Below are positions 13,481-26,440 of a stretch of 64,000 bases of DNA, piece by piece. The DNA comes from Puccinia triticina (lineage: Eukaryota): assembly GCA_026914245.1 (NCBI GenBank), contig CP110440.1:2790001-2854000 (forward strand). The letters are read 5' to 3'. A program made the position numbers and the translations under genes. Position 1 is the first letter of the stretch, and every line of letters begins with the position of its first letter. The notes below the pieces were generated by a model. That model did no database searches. It worked only from the letters and a program-made list of their open reading frames with translations, and was not told the origin of the DNA.

Positions 13481-13951
13481 CTAGACAAACAAGTTAAGCA
13501 ACTTAGGAGTAGTACTTGTTGCAAAAGGAGTGGGCGTCACAGGAGAAGTAATTGTTGCAGGAGAAGTAATTGGTGCAGGAGAAGTAATTGGTGGAGGAGA
13601 AGTAATTGGTGCAGGAGAAGTAATTGTAACAGGAGAAAGACGCTCCCAAGGCTTATTCTTATTGTAAATGTCTGGGACGCCCTCGTATTGCTGCTTGTTG
13701 GGGTGCTGTGGGTGGTCCTTTTTGCAGGTCTGAATCGTGAATTTCTGGCACTCAGCTTTTCCACAATAATAGAATTTCCTCAAGACTTTATCCTTGCAGC
13801 CGGGAACGCCGCACTTGACCTTCCATGGGGTAATATAGTGATAAAAGATTGTCCCTGGTTCACCACACCAGGCACATGATATGTGGGCGCGGGCTATTTC
13901 GGGCAGGATGGCAGCCACCGTAAGAAACAAGACAATGCAGCGCAGGTTCAT
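13481..13951 (-). CDS. Small secreted cysteine-rich protein (candidate effector) with Thr/Ser/Pro repeat tail
   Basis: Signal-peptide-like N-terminus MNLRCIVLFLTVAAILPEIARA, paired cysteines (CAWC, CGVPGC, CGKAEC), C-terminal ITSPAP repeats from an 18-bp unit. Intact 156-aa ORF. Confidence 0.75.
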   Translation of the reverse strand: MNLRCIVLFLTVAAILPEIARAHISCAWCGEPGTIFYHYITPWKVKCGVPGCKDKVLRKFYYCGKAECQKFTIQTCKKDHPQHPNKQQYEGVPDIYNKNKPWERLSPVTITSPAPITSPPPITSPAPITSPATITSPVTPTPFATSTTPKLLNLFV

Positions 13952-15770
13952 GGTGGAAGTGAATTTGACACGATTTTGACGAATGTAGCGGACTTGTTGA
14001 ACGGGGTATGAGGATAATTAAGAAGGGCGTGGCTCATGATCAGCTCAGGTGGCAACACTTTATCTCTGTCTCCAATCTTGATAATTTTCTACGCACTCAC
14101 CTGATGTTAAGAAGCACGTCGCTGATCAGCTTGAGTATGCGTACGCTCGGTCTCCGGCCTGTCGATGTTGATGAGGAGAAAGGAGCCAGAAACGGCCACA
14201 GCGGAGTCGGCTTAAGAACACGAGGTTTTTCCATGATAACATGATTCTCGTCCTGCCACAGGTTTGACAAATGAGACTTGTGTTTGTAAAACTTGACTAA
14301 CTCTGTGCTCTTATCAACCTGTACTCTAGTATCTAACAGCAAGTGAGGTATAAGGGTCCCAGAGTGTATATATAGAAAAACAGACTATGTTGTATCAGGG
14401 CCAGAGGGTTGAAAAAACATACCCCATGAAGAGTTGGATCAAGTTTGACCTCACGAGGACCCGTCAGACCAAACATCACATTATCAGCTTGTCTCGTGCC
14501 CGGCGGTCGAGGTGGTCATTGCACCACGTCGTTAAATCTCCCAGACTTTAGTTGAAATTACACCCCGGTGAGATTAATGGGCCTTCAGCCCGGCGACGGC
14601 GCACCCTCAAGGCATGCTTACATAGGTGTAGGTAGAGCATCCCGGCTGCAAGAAAGGTTTCTTGCTACCGAGGTGAAACCCGTCTGGTTTAGAGGCGTTC
14701 GAAGAGAAGTTTCTGGTCACGAGATGCTTCAAAGAATGGTTTCCATGTTGAGTTTGGAAACCGCATCATGGAACATCGTTTCCGGTCTACAAAACGCGTG
14801 AAGGAACGTTGACGGCGACGTAACGGCTCACTTTGTTTTGGCATGGGCCAAAAGAAACGTGTTCCTGAGACTATCCTCTACATACCATATATTATCATCT
14901 GTAACTGAGCAACTTGAGTCCATAGCTGCAAAGATTGCGGCAGAATCATAACGCACAAGAAACTCCAGGAAAAACATCAAGCTATTCACACCAAAGAAAC
15001 TCACGACAAGCTGTTTTCAATGACGCAGCTGGGAAGAAAACCTCGCGGTCGAAAATGCAGTCTTGTTGACCGAGAATAATGTCTCCCAGGTTGTGAAATC
15101 CAATCAACGGTGATTGTAAAGCCTGGCCGGCTGTAAATCTCATCTGCTCGACAAGAGCTGTGCAGTCCTATTGACTGGGAGTAATGCATCTTGGTCAACA
15201 CCAGCTGGCCAGTATGGTTGACCAGAAGGGATGAGTAGAGTATGCTACAACCCAACTGTTGATTGAGAGGAATCACTCCCGGTCGACGCAAGACTTGCAC
15301 GTGTTGTGTCAACCAGAATATTCTTGTTCAAGGATACTGAGAGATGGATTTGAGGCCCATCTTGAGCAGCGTTATCTGCCAACAGATCAGCAGTTTGAAG
15401 CTGAGTGGCTAATTCTAGATTTGGATTGATTGCTGCAAGAGGTATGCTAATGAAGATTTGCTTTTATCAAGTAATTCAACATCATTGGATTCCTCTTGCT
15501 GATTGCTTGGGTATGAAGAGGAACCACGGCAGACGTCAGTCTATGTACGTTGGGCTGAAGGGATTCCTGAACCACAGATGCATCAGAATGAAGAACGGAC
15601 AGAGCCTTTCGCCGGAGGTTTCTTCATCAGAGGCAAACCCCGGGTGAACATTCAAAGCCTCCCGGCGCAGAGGGCCCTCAACATCGGGGGCCCGGGCATG
15701 ATGACTCCCACGTTCGCCGCGCAATGAACACATCAGACCCACCACCAACAGCAGGAGCACCTCGAACGAC

Positions 15771-17303
15771 ATGACTACGAACAACAATGAGGCCAACCCG
15801 CCACCCCTACGCCAATCGGTCGCCAGGGTCAGCAGACCGTTCACCGCCCACACGGCCACCCTACCGTCCCACCAGTCCACCTCCAGGCTTCCGCTCCTCC
15901 CAACGGCAAGAGTCGAGGCTTCGCCAGCAGCCTGCATGTATCTCTCCAAGGCCTCGATCCATGGACCCAAGCTGATCAAACCCCTCCGGGCACACACGGC
16001 TACCCTCGTCAACGACGCGATCTGGATATTCGGCGGGACAGACCTCAATGGGTGCTTCAAGGACGTCTGGAAATTGGACCTCGAAACTCTCAGCTTCGCT
16101 CGAATGAAATGTAAAGGCCTCGAAGAAGAAATGGACGAGGATCTTAACCTTGGCTCCTCTTCTCTCGACGACTCTCTCGACCCTCATTACAACCTCCGCA
16201 ACTCTTCTACTAATAATCTCAGTCCCGCGAGAAGACTTCGCAGTAATCCTAAAGATCATATTCCTCCCCCTTGTCGCGCTCATTCGGCTACACATCTCGA
16301 CGGTAGAATATTCATCTTTGGAGGAGGCGATGGTCCAAATTATTTTGATGTCCTATACTATTTAGATACAAGTAAGTCCCTATTCATTTAAGAAGCGATT
16401 GGTAAATGCTCGAAACACTGAACCCCCTCAAAAACCCCATCATTTTACGAAAAAAACAACAACAGTTTCGTTGACATGGACCAAACCAAGAGTGAAAGGC
16501 GTCCTACCATCGACCAGACGAGCCCATGCCACGGTTCTCTACGGCACTCAGTTAATTATCTTTGGAGGTGGGAACGGTTCACGAGCATTGAACGATGTCC
16601 ACGCGCTCGACCTCAGTGATCTTTCGAACCTCGAATGGCGAGAACTGGCTATCAAGGGTCGTTCCCCCCTCAATCGCGGCTATCACAGCGCTAACCTGGT
16701 CGGTAGTAAATGTATTATCTTTGGCGGTAGCGATGGCGGTGAATGTTTTAGTGATATCTTTATCTTGGATCTAGGTTTGTTTCTTCCCCTTTTTCGCGTT
16801 TCTTCTCTCTTGCTGTAGAGTCTCATTTTCGATTTCCTTTTTATACGCGATCTTGGGGGTCAACAAAAGAAAACTTGACGTGGATTCAGGTCGAGGTTGA
16901 ATGTCCTATTGCCCGACTTGCTCACACTTCCACACAGGTAGGCTCCTATCTATTCGTAATTGGTGGACACGATGGGGAAGACTACACCTCTGAAGTGAAG
17001 CTCTTCAATCTAGGTAAGTGGCCCCTCCCCTCGACGATAAGTTTTCTCAGTTTTGGTAACGGGTTCTGTGTTTTTTTAGTGACGTTACAATGGGAACCCC
17101 GGACAGTCAAAGGGCAATTGCCGCCCCGGATCGGATATCATACTGCGACCCTTCACGACTCTCGACTGATCATCATCGGCGGGTTTGATGGCAGACATGT
17201 TTACGATCAAGTCTGGTGTCTCGAGCTTGCCTCATCAGCTTATCTGCCTCAGGTCACTAACTTCACTATCCCCGTCGACGAACCCTCGGACGCTGATCTG
17301 TAG
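15771..17303 (+). CDS. Kelch-repeat beta-propeller protein, 4 exons
   Basis: Six kelch motifs (RAHTATL..IFGG, RAHSATH..IFGG, RAHATVL..IFGG, RGYHSANL..IFGG, RLAHTSTQ..VIGG, GYHTATL..IIGG). GT-AG introns 16372-16465, 16775-16869 and 17014-17079 join in frame to the stop at 17301-17303. Confidence 0.92.
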
Positions 17304-18989
17304 AAGCTGTGAACCTAACGCGCGAAGTCCTCCCCTACCCTGTCCCATATACTCACCCCATCGTCTGAGCCTTTGCCGGAAGGATATCCCCCCCCCCCCT
17401 AGACATTGATTTTGCATGAGGCTCATTCTTCAGCCCCTTTTTCGGTTTTTTTGACTCCTCAGGCATTGTTTTTTTCTGTTTTTATTCTCTGTGTCTGCAT
17501 CCTATCTCTGAGCCTGCATTTATTTATTTCATCCCCTTGTACAATTTATTTATTTTATTCAAAAGTACAAACAGATTGGCAAAAAAAAATCTACATTTTT
17601 CTTCTTGTTTACATACACCATGGAATCTTTTTTTTTTTAATTTTTGCACATTGCACAAACCTCATCTGGCTGAAGTTAGCATGGCACAAATGTATTTAAG
17701 CCGTTGTCCCTGCAATGGCTGGGGTTTGGCCTAGTCAAGATGTGAAGCATTCCTACAGGAGAACTGATGATTTGTCAGCAAGAATCTGCAAGCTTAATTG
17801 GTGGTGGCCAATGTCCTCACCCCCTACAGCCCACAGTTTTATGCTAGTTTTTTTTCTCCTAACCAGTTGAAGCTTGTATTTTTTGTCAGATATTGGGCCT
17901 AGGCCCGCCCGGACCAAGCACGGGTTCATCTCAGCCCAGTGCAGAAGAAACCAGCCTCAGCCTCATTGTCCCTGTCAACAGCCACAATAACACCAATGCT
18001 GAAACAAGTACAATACATGGAGCATATCTGGTAAACGTTTTTCATTGAAGATACAGACCTACAAGTCCTATTTTTTGTTTTTAGCCCTGATTATGTATAG
18101 GATGGCTGAAAACAAAAAATGGGACATGTAGATATCCATCTTCAATGAAAAACATTTACCAGATATGCTCCATGTATCGTACTTGTTTCAGCGTTGATAA
18201 CACCTCAGGTCAAGCCACCAATGGTAAGTTCCTTTTTCAAAAACTGAACCAGGTTGATGAATTTAAACCAAACCTGATGAACCAGTGCAAACAGCTAACC
18301 CAGTCCATGATTACCGTGCCAACCAGATCACGGGCAGATGATTGTGAGCCCTGTCCAAACTGTTCAAGAACAAACCACTGTGACTACGTCCCTGTTCACT
18401 TGGACCGGCTTGATGTAACCATAACCAAGCCATGTACGTAGCAACAACGATATCACCTGTCCATCTACATGATTTGTATAAAAGGAGCGCTGACATACGC
18501 AGCTTCTTCTCATTCTTGTTCTCCAGTCACCACCTCCACTTCCACTTCACACCATTGACTCAATCCAGCACCCAGCAAAACTCAGCAAACCCTATCTGAC
18601 CTTTCCTCAGCCTCATTTCACTGTTATCATCAATAAGCTCGCAAAGAACTTGTACCGCGGCCTGTCACCATGGGAGTTTGCTTGGCACTTGTGTGCAAGT
18701 GTCATTGTACAATATTGTTTAGAACCCTGTTAGATATATCCTGGAACTTGTGCCTCAATGTATGCTGAATTCATGATGGATTTATGTTTAACTTATGCAA
18801 ATTTGAGCTGAAGGCACTTTAGATAGGATTTTAATTCAATTGGAAACCAGCTCCAACTTGACTCTAGTTAATACTGGAACTTTTTTAGAACAAATTTTTA
18901 ACTGCCTTGCAAAGCAATATCAAATACTTGGCAGAAACAAGTTATTTACCACGGGAATCATATATTTCTAGATCTGGCCCCTATCATCT

Positions 18990-19287
18990 GTCAGCTGGTA
19001 CTTGCCACCCGTGGGCCGGTACCTGTGGAAGTGCGCAGGTATCCGCCGGGTGCGGCTGCGGGGGTCCAGTCTGGGTCCAAATTCAGGCAGGTACCTGCGC
19101 ACAAATCACCATTCTGCACAGCTCTGCTCGCCCCTAGTGCCCATTGGCGGGTACTAAGTACCTGTGGGTGGGTACCCGTGTAAGTACGCAGGTAACAGCC
19201 AGCAGGTACGGATGTCCATTCTGGGTCAAAATTCAGGAAGATACCTGCACCCGCTGCGGGTACCCTTGTGCAAAGTGCCAGCTCTAT
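18990..19287. mobile_element. MITE (hAT-like), degenerate; inverted copy of 26151-26440
   Basis: About 300 bp rich in GGTACC motifs, ending CCAGCTCTA. The reverse complement aligns with 26151-26440. Confidence 0.7.
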
Positions 19288-20628
19288 ATATTTCTTTCTA
19301 TCCTGTGTTTATCATAAATCCCAAAAAGCTCAAGATATGTTAGTGGTACACATAAAGATACATGTGTAAGTTTGTGTGACACATTCTTTAGTTGCTGAAT
19401 TTTTTTCACAAAATATTACAAGTTCTGTATTAATCAGGAGTTGCGTATTACTTCAGAAAATATCCACAAAATCATTTTTGTACATATGGCTGAATGTTAT
19501 AAACAATTTTTGAAGGGTCCACCTAAGCCCCTGGCTCTGCATGAGCACTCAGGTTGGCATCACTTGGCTCAGTGATGAAAAATGTGACACACCAGCACAC
19601 ATGTGTAAATTTGTGTGACACATTCTTCAGCTGCTAAATTTTGTCCCAAGGGAGTTAGAATTCTGGGAAAAGTCCAGGGGAGCCTCAGATTACCCAGGGT
19701 TTTTGAATGAATTCAGAAAATCTCCTCAACAGGATTTCTGTATTGATGGATGAAAATCAGATAAAATTATTAAAGGATTCAGCTAATTTGCCCCTGGGAT
19801 TGCGGGGCACTCACCTTGGCATGATGTGGCTGGGTGATGGTCTACGTGTCACACAAACGCGCACGCGTTGTGGTAAGACCAATCAACCATCAACTACATC
19901 AAATCATAGTATATTTTAATATTAAAGTATAGTAAAAACTACATACAAAACATAGTTAGTACAAATAACCTCCATGTTAAATTTCACTCAGCTGTCACAA
20001 TTATTTTCACACCCAGAAAACTGGTAACATTTCTTTACATAAGTATCAGACATGTAACAAATCTCATAGTAACATTCAAGAATCACCTCTAAGAAACAGC
20101 TCATAGATGTATTTTCCACATAAGAGCAGATTACAGTAGATACACAGTAGATCTCAGAATATATTCCACTCTCAGAGTATAATCACATCTGATACACTCT
20201 TCTGTGAAAAGAAATTCCTACTTAGATAGTAAAACACCAAGCCCTTTTGTATTTCACACAGCTATTCTCATCACATAGTAGAAGAATCTTTCAGCTACAT
20301 ATTTCTAGTCTCAGATAAGTTTATCTGCTATGTAAGGAGGCCTCTTCTGCCCCTTCCTGTTGTCTTTTTTCCGCATGTTTGCACTTGATAGTAATATTGT
20401 AGATTACTAGCACTCATCACTTGATATAAATAGTTGAATTATAATATTTTGAAATATTAATTGATATATATAACTTGCCCCCTTGACAAAGATGAATTTC
20501 ACACATATAACAGTTCTCTTTACATCACTTACATATAACAATCCTCTTTACATCACCTACATATAACAATTCTCTTTACATCACCTACATATAACATTCC
20601 TCTTCTTCATCCCTTACATATAACATTA

Positions 20629-23600
20629 TGTTGAGGTGTGGTGTGTGTTGTGTTGTTGTTTCCTTTCTGCTTCCAACCTTTCTCTCTCATTTCACAGTCT
20701 GTGACATCTTGCAGTGTAGTCACCTGAGGCAGCAGAGACGTGGAAGTCTTTTCCTCCTCCTTCCACGAACTCACTCACCTTGTGTTCTGCTGTCTCAGAT
20801 GATTCATCTCATCAGGTTATGAGTCCCATTGCGCTACAGCTCTAGCACGTAAAAAATCAGATAACGGTTTGTTACCATCTCGAAGGATCAACCTCATTGC
20901 TCCATTTCTTCTAAATGTTGACCAGCGATCAAACCTCAAAATCCGCTCCACCACACATGGAGCTCTACGCTCACCCAGCGCTAAAAATCTCGGGCGTCGA
21001 GGCTCTCAAAGCCCCGGGAACCAACTCGAACTACCTGGACTGGGCAGTCCTACTTGAGATCCACTTCAATGTCACTGGTGTTTCCTACATCATCAAGCCA
21101 CCCAAAGGCCACGACAAAAGCCCCCGACGGGAGACTTTTGAACAAGACAACATGGCTGTCTGCTCCGTCATCTCGCAAACCATTGAACCAGTCAACTTAC
21201 GCTACATCCAATCGTTCATAGAAGATGCAAGAGGGATGTGGAACGCACTGAAAGAGGCTCACCAGGACTCTTCATCCGGTGGGCGCATGTACTGGCTGCA
21301 AAAGCTCACGACCGCAAGAATGACGGGCAAAGATGTAGATGCACACATTGATGAGCTCCATTCCTACGCTGAGCGTCTAAACGCAATTGTCACCCCGGAG
21401 AAACCACTTACCCCGGACGACATCCATGCAACATTGCTGCTCAACTCCCTGCCGCCCGATTGGCTTCCCTGCGTCTCTGCGCTCATGAATGAGAGCCAGG
21501 TCTCATCCTTGAAGATAGTCTCAGCGCTTTGTCAGGAGTCTCTCCGCTGCAAATCCCGTCTCGAGGAGTCTCAACTAGTTGAATCAGTGGCACGAGCTAA
21601 CATTGCCGGCAATCAAAAGCCCCAACCCCCGCACAATCCATTGCTCTTCTGCACCTTCTGCAGCCTAAACGGCCACAACCTCTTGGTATGCGAAAACGCA
21701 GCTTGTGTTCTAGCGGATCACAAACAGGGCCGTCAGTCTGAATCGTCAAGACCACAAGACAGACATAGGCGTGGTGGGTACCGTCGAGGCCGTCATGGAG
21801 GCAAGCCACAAGCCAAGGCAGGTAAGACCTTGGTTGTTGAATTAGGGGGTGGAGACCCTGAAGACGGTTCCAACTACTCCGGATCTGAGCCTGATGGCCA
21901 TCAGCATTCAGCCAGAGCTGGGAATGCCTTTGCTCTTGAAGAACACTCTGCGAACTCCAGCAGCACTCCCATCCGCGACGCAAACCTGGACTCCGGCTGC
22001 ACAAACTGCATGACACCCTACACCTTGGAAGTCTCGAGTATACGCCCGGACAGCACCCCTGTGCACTTAGCCAACCACTCTCTTGTCTCAGCCTCTCACC
22101 GTGGAGTTGCTCAGTTGCCTCTTAAGACCTTGATCTCTGTTCCAACCCTGGTCGTCCCAGATCTACATGAACCGCTGCTCTCAATCGCAGCAATGTGTGA
22201 TGCTGGCCTCACATGCGTTTTCAACAAGCATCAATGCAACATCTACAAATCGTCTTCAATTGCCGTTCATGGCAACACCGTTGGACAAGGCTACTGAAAA
22301 GGAAACCTATACTATTTGCCTTCCAACGAGGTAAAGTCTTTCTCCACTTCAACCCGCTTGCTGTCCTCTGTTGACAGCTCCCTACTCGGGTTTCATCAAC
22401 GGCTATCCCATATAGGCTTGAAACCGCTGAAACGGCTTCTGAAGATGCTCAACATCAAACCGACTCTCATGAACGAGATTGATGTCCAACATTGCTCTGT
22501 CTGTGTGCAATCCAAAATGTACCGCTCTCCCTTCAAGTCTTGTTCAGCCCACCGATCTGATACTCCCGGAAAACTCATACACTCCGATGTCGGCTCATTC
22601 GAAGTCCAATCAAGGGAAGGTTACAAGTACTTCGTAACTTTCATTGATGACTACTCCAAACTTGTTTCCTTTTATCCCATGAAATCTAAATTGGATGTTT
22701 TCCATTGTTTCAAAGTTTTTCGTGCGCACTTTGAGCAAGACGGCTCTCACAAAATTCTTGCTCTGCGTTCTGATAATGGCGGCGAATATGTGTCATCTGA
22801 GTTCTCATCTTACCTCGAGCATGCTGGTATTATTCACAAGCCTGGACCGCCCCACTCTCCTCAACTAAACGGTGTGGCCGAAAGAACTAACCGCACTGTA
22901 GGCAATTTCGTCCGTTGCTCTCTACTCAGCGCAGGGCTCCCTAAATCTTTCTTGGCGGATGCTCTCCGTCATGTTTCCTTCTCTCTCAACTCATTCCCGT
23001 GCTACACTCCCTCTTGTTTCAAGGCACCTAATGAGATTCTTGGAAAACCTCTAGTAAATCTGTTGACTCTCCACCCTTTTGGGTGCCTTGTGTGGTACAA
23101 GGTCCCAGAAGCAAATAGAAAGAAGCTTAATACAAAGGCCCGGTCAGCTCTGCTCCTGTCATACCTTGAAAATAGGAACGGCTACAGGATTTGGGATCTA
23201 GAGAAGAGATCTGTTGTAAAATCACGTGATGTCCTTTTTGACAACCTTTCCTTTCCCTACGGCTCCAAACTAGAACGCAAAAGCTCTCCAGTAGCAGTCA
23301 AGCTACCTTGGCCCATGGTCCGATCTACTCCCCAACCCTCCTGTTGCCCAGAAACCACCATCCAGTCTACTCCTCAACCATCACGCCGTCAAGAAGCTGC
23401 GTCAATCTTGGGCCCTGATTCACCCATTTTGGATCAGCCGCCGTTGGATATTCCTCTCCAGCCTAGATTTGATCGACGCCTAACGGCATCAGTTCATGCT
23501 CCCAGAAGTCATACGGTCTTGCCTTCCCTGCCTTCGCCACCTCCCTTGTCAGCCCCTCCTCCCTCCCCCATTTCCCCCTCCTCTCCTCCTCCTGCCCCCC

Positions 23601-25734
23601 CTTCCTCACCTGTCTCCCCTTCTCCTGTTACTCCCTCTTCCCCTCCAGCTCCCCATCCCTTGGTGGACTTGCCTACTCCGCCAGAAAATCCCACTTGGAT
23701 TCCAGCTCCTGCTTCCCAGCCAACAACTCGCCGCTCAGGTCGTCAGAGGCGCGCCCCGGACCGCTACGGCACGTGGTCCAAGTCCGCCTCTACAGAAGAC
23801 AAAGTTGACACTCCAAAAACATGGAAACAGCTGCTACGTTCTCCGCACAAAAACAGGTGGCTCAAGGCAGCGGACGGAGAATTTCTATCCCTCCTGGGGA
23901 TGGAGACCTGGCAACTAGTCCCTCGACCAATTAAGCAAAAGGTCATCAAGTCAAAGTGGGTGTTTAAGGTCAAGTGTTGACCTGACCAGTCCATCCAGAA
24001 ACTTAAAGCCAGGTTGGTTGCAATGGGATACACTCAAGTTCAAGGTGTGGACTATCAAGAAGTTTTTGCGCCCACGCTCCGTCTAGAAACTCTTTGACTC
24101 ATCTTGAGCTTAATGGCAATCAAGAAATGGAAAGGTTGTCAAGTCAATTTCAAGACGGCTTTCCTGAATGGTTGCCTCCAAGAGCCTGTCTATATGGAAC
24201 AGCCCCCAGGATTCGAGGATCCCAAGCACCCAGACTGGGTCTGCGAAGTTCAGCGTTCCATCTATAGACTCAAGCAATCCCCGCGCAAATGGAACATCGA
24301 GCTTCACAGCGGGCTTCTTCAAGCAGGCCTCACTCAGTCCAGATACGACCCAACCCTTTACTTCACCATCAAAAATGGCTCTCTTGCTGGTGCAGTGACA
24401 GTTCATGTCAACGATCTAGCAGTTGTTGGTGAACCTTTGTTTGTTGATCAGCTAATAGAAAACCTGGGTAAGCGGTTCAAGATTGGTACGCACAAGGAGC
24501 TACACCATTTTCTCTCCATGAAGATTGATTGAGACATAGAAAACCGACTCCTTTACATTTCCCAATCACACTACATTGCCAATCTTCAAAGCCGGTTCCT
24601 GTCAAATTCTCCTATCTCTGTTCGAACTCCAACAGACTCAGCGTTCAAAGATCTAGTTCCGCAAAAGCCAAATGAGCAACCTTCCTCCGGACCATACCCT
24701 CAACTCATAGGCGCTCTTCTCTGGGCATCTCAGTGCACCCGCCCGGACATTGCCTTTGCAGTGAACCGTCTCTCCCAATTCCTTCAGGATCCTTCGGAAG
24801 CGCACTGGCAAGCAGCTCTGCGTGTGCTTCACTATCTAATTTCCACCAAGGACCTCCGGTTACGTCTGGGTGGTTCACTAACCTGCGCTGGATTCTCGGA
24901 CTTGGACTGGGCAGAAGACCGTCATGACAGAAGGTCCACCTTGGCTTACACATATCGTCTAGGTGATGGCGCAATTTCTTGGAAGTCCCAAAAACAGGCC
25001 ACCGTTTCCCTCTCAAGCACAGAAGCGGAGTACAAAGCGATGTCCGACGCATGCAAGGAGGGGCTATGGCTCCGTTACGTCCTCACTGAACTGAAACTGC
25101 GCCCCCGCACAGCCATTCCACTCCATGTCGACAATGCTGGCGCAGAAGCTTTGGCCAAGAACCCAGAACATCATGCGCGCACAAAGCACATCAATGCACG
25201 TTATCACTTCTCCCGCGAGTGCTTCAAAAGCCGGAAAATCTCAGTCCTACATGTGTCAACCAAGGATATGCTTGCCAATATGCTCACCAAGCCGCTCAAC
25301 CGGGTTCTTCTAGAGGATCACCGCGCACGTTTTGGTGTTGTCTAACACTGCTTTTTCCTCACCCATCTCACTTCTCCCATTTTTTTTTTTTTTTTTTCTC
25401 TTTTTTCTTCTCTCTTTCTCTAGGGTTGTCAGCAATGGGGGGTGTTGAGGTGTGGTGTGTGTTGTGTTGTTGTTTCCTTTCTGCTTCCAACCTTTCTCTC
25501 TCATTTCACAGTCTGTGACATCTTGCAGTGTAGTCACCTGAGGCAGCAGAGACGTGGAAGTCCTTTCCTCATCCTTCCACGAACTCACTCACCTTGTGTT
25601 CTGCTGTCTCAGGTGAGCATTTTCTTTTCTCTTTTCTTCTCTGATGTTTTCTTTCTTTCCTTTTATGAAATGAATCATCCTTCCACGAACTCACTCACCT
25701 TGTGTTCTGCTGTCTCAGATGATTCATCTCATCA
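20629..25734 (+). mobile_element. Full-length decayed Ty1/copia LTR retrotransposon
   Basis: LTRs 20629-20814 and 25443-25734 (TG...CA), TSD CATTA (20624-20628 and 25735-25739), PBS-like GGTTATGAGTCCC at 20815, and a G-rich PPT before the 3' LTR. Confidence 0.97.
20915..25345 (+). pseudogene. copia gag-pol polyprotein (Gag, protease, integrase, RT, RNase H) with in-frame stops
   Basis: CxxCxxxxHxxxxC knuckle, LDSGCT protease, HQRLSH..CSVC, LRSDNGGEY, NGVAERTNR, KSKWVFK, LKQSPRKW, HVND (degenerate YVDD), LSSTEAEY. TGA stops at 22295, 23978, 24095 and 24530. Confidence 0.95.
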
Positions 25735-26150
25735 CATTACTCTTTACATCACTTACATATAACATTCCTCTTTACATCTCCTACATATAACATTTCTCTT
25801 TACATCCCTTACATATAAAATTCCTCATCTCTTGCGCACTGAACAAAGGTAACTAGAGTTCAGAGTCAGATAGAATTAAGAATAGTTCTAAAGATTGCGC
25901 CACACTATAAATTCTTAGTGTACATTCTCCCAGAAGCTTATTCAAGGAAGGCAGCCCTTCAAGCACCCGTGTAGTCTGTCATTATCCGTGACTCCTACAT
26001 TTCCCTTCCAAGCTCAGATCACACCTAGCGTAGAAGTTCCACAGTGTACGTTTGTGTGACACAATGTGTCACAGAAACATGGTTTTGTGATAGTTGGCCC
26101 CACAGCGCCAAAGTCAAACCATAGTACCAGAGCAAAATCAGACTTCCCAC

Positions 26151-26440
26151 TAGAGCTGACACTTTGCACCCGGGTACCTGCCTGAATTTTGACCCAGAAT
26201 GGACACCCGCACCCGCTGGCAGTTTCCTGGGTACTTCCAGGGTTACCCACCCACAGGTACCTAGTACCCGCCAATGGGCACTAGGGGCAAGCAGAGCTGT
26301 GCAGAATGGCAATTTGTGCCCGGGTACCTGCCTGAATTTGGACCAAGACTGAACACCCACACCCACACCTGGCAGATACCTGCGCACTTCCAGAGGTACC
26401 CGCCCGTGTACCCGCCAACAAGTTCTAGGGACCAGCTCTG
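26151..26440. mobile_element. MITE (hAT-like)
   Basis: TIR TAGAGCTG...CAGCTCTG with imperfect 8-bp TSD CTTCCCAC/CCTCCCAG. Confidence 0.7.

Larger units (their letters stand above)
20500..25825. repeat. 28-bp minisatellite (acattcctctttacatcacctacatata) interrupted by copia
   Basis: Units occur at about 20500-20628 and 25735-25825. Confidence 0.8.
19869..26043. mobile_element. Probable solo LTR (about 1.06 kb when empty) split by the copia insertion
   Basis: TGTGG...CCACA termini with imperfect 4-bp TSD GCGT/GTGT. Removing it rejoins the two arms of the palindrome gtgtcacacaaacg...cgtttgtgtgacac. A 28-bp minisatellite continues on both sides of the copia. Confidence 0.55.

Noticed and set aside
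15536..16295. Antisense ORFs over the kelch gene
   Set aside because: Shadow frames of a GC-rich exon.
18990..26440. Inverted 300-bp repeats as TIRs of one 7.4-kb element
   Set aside because: The right copy has its own short TIRs and TSD-like flanks, and no shared outer TSD was found. Two MITE copies explain it better.
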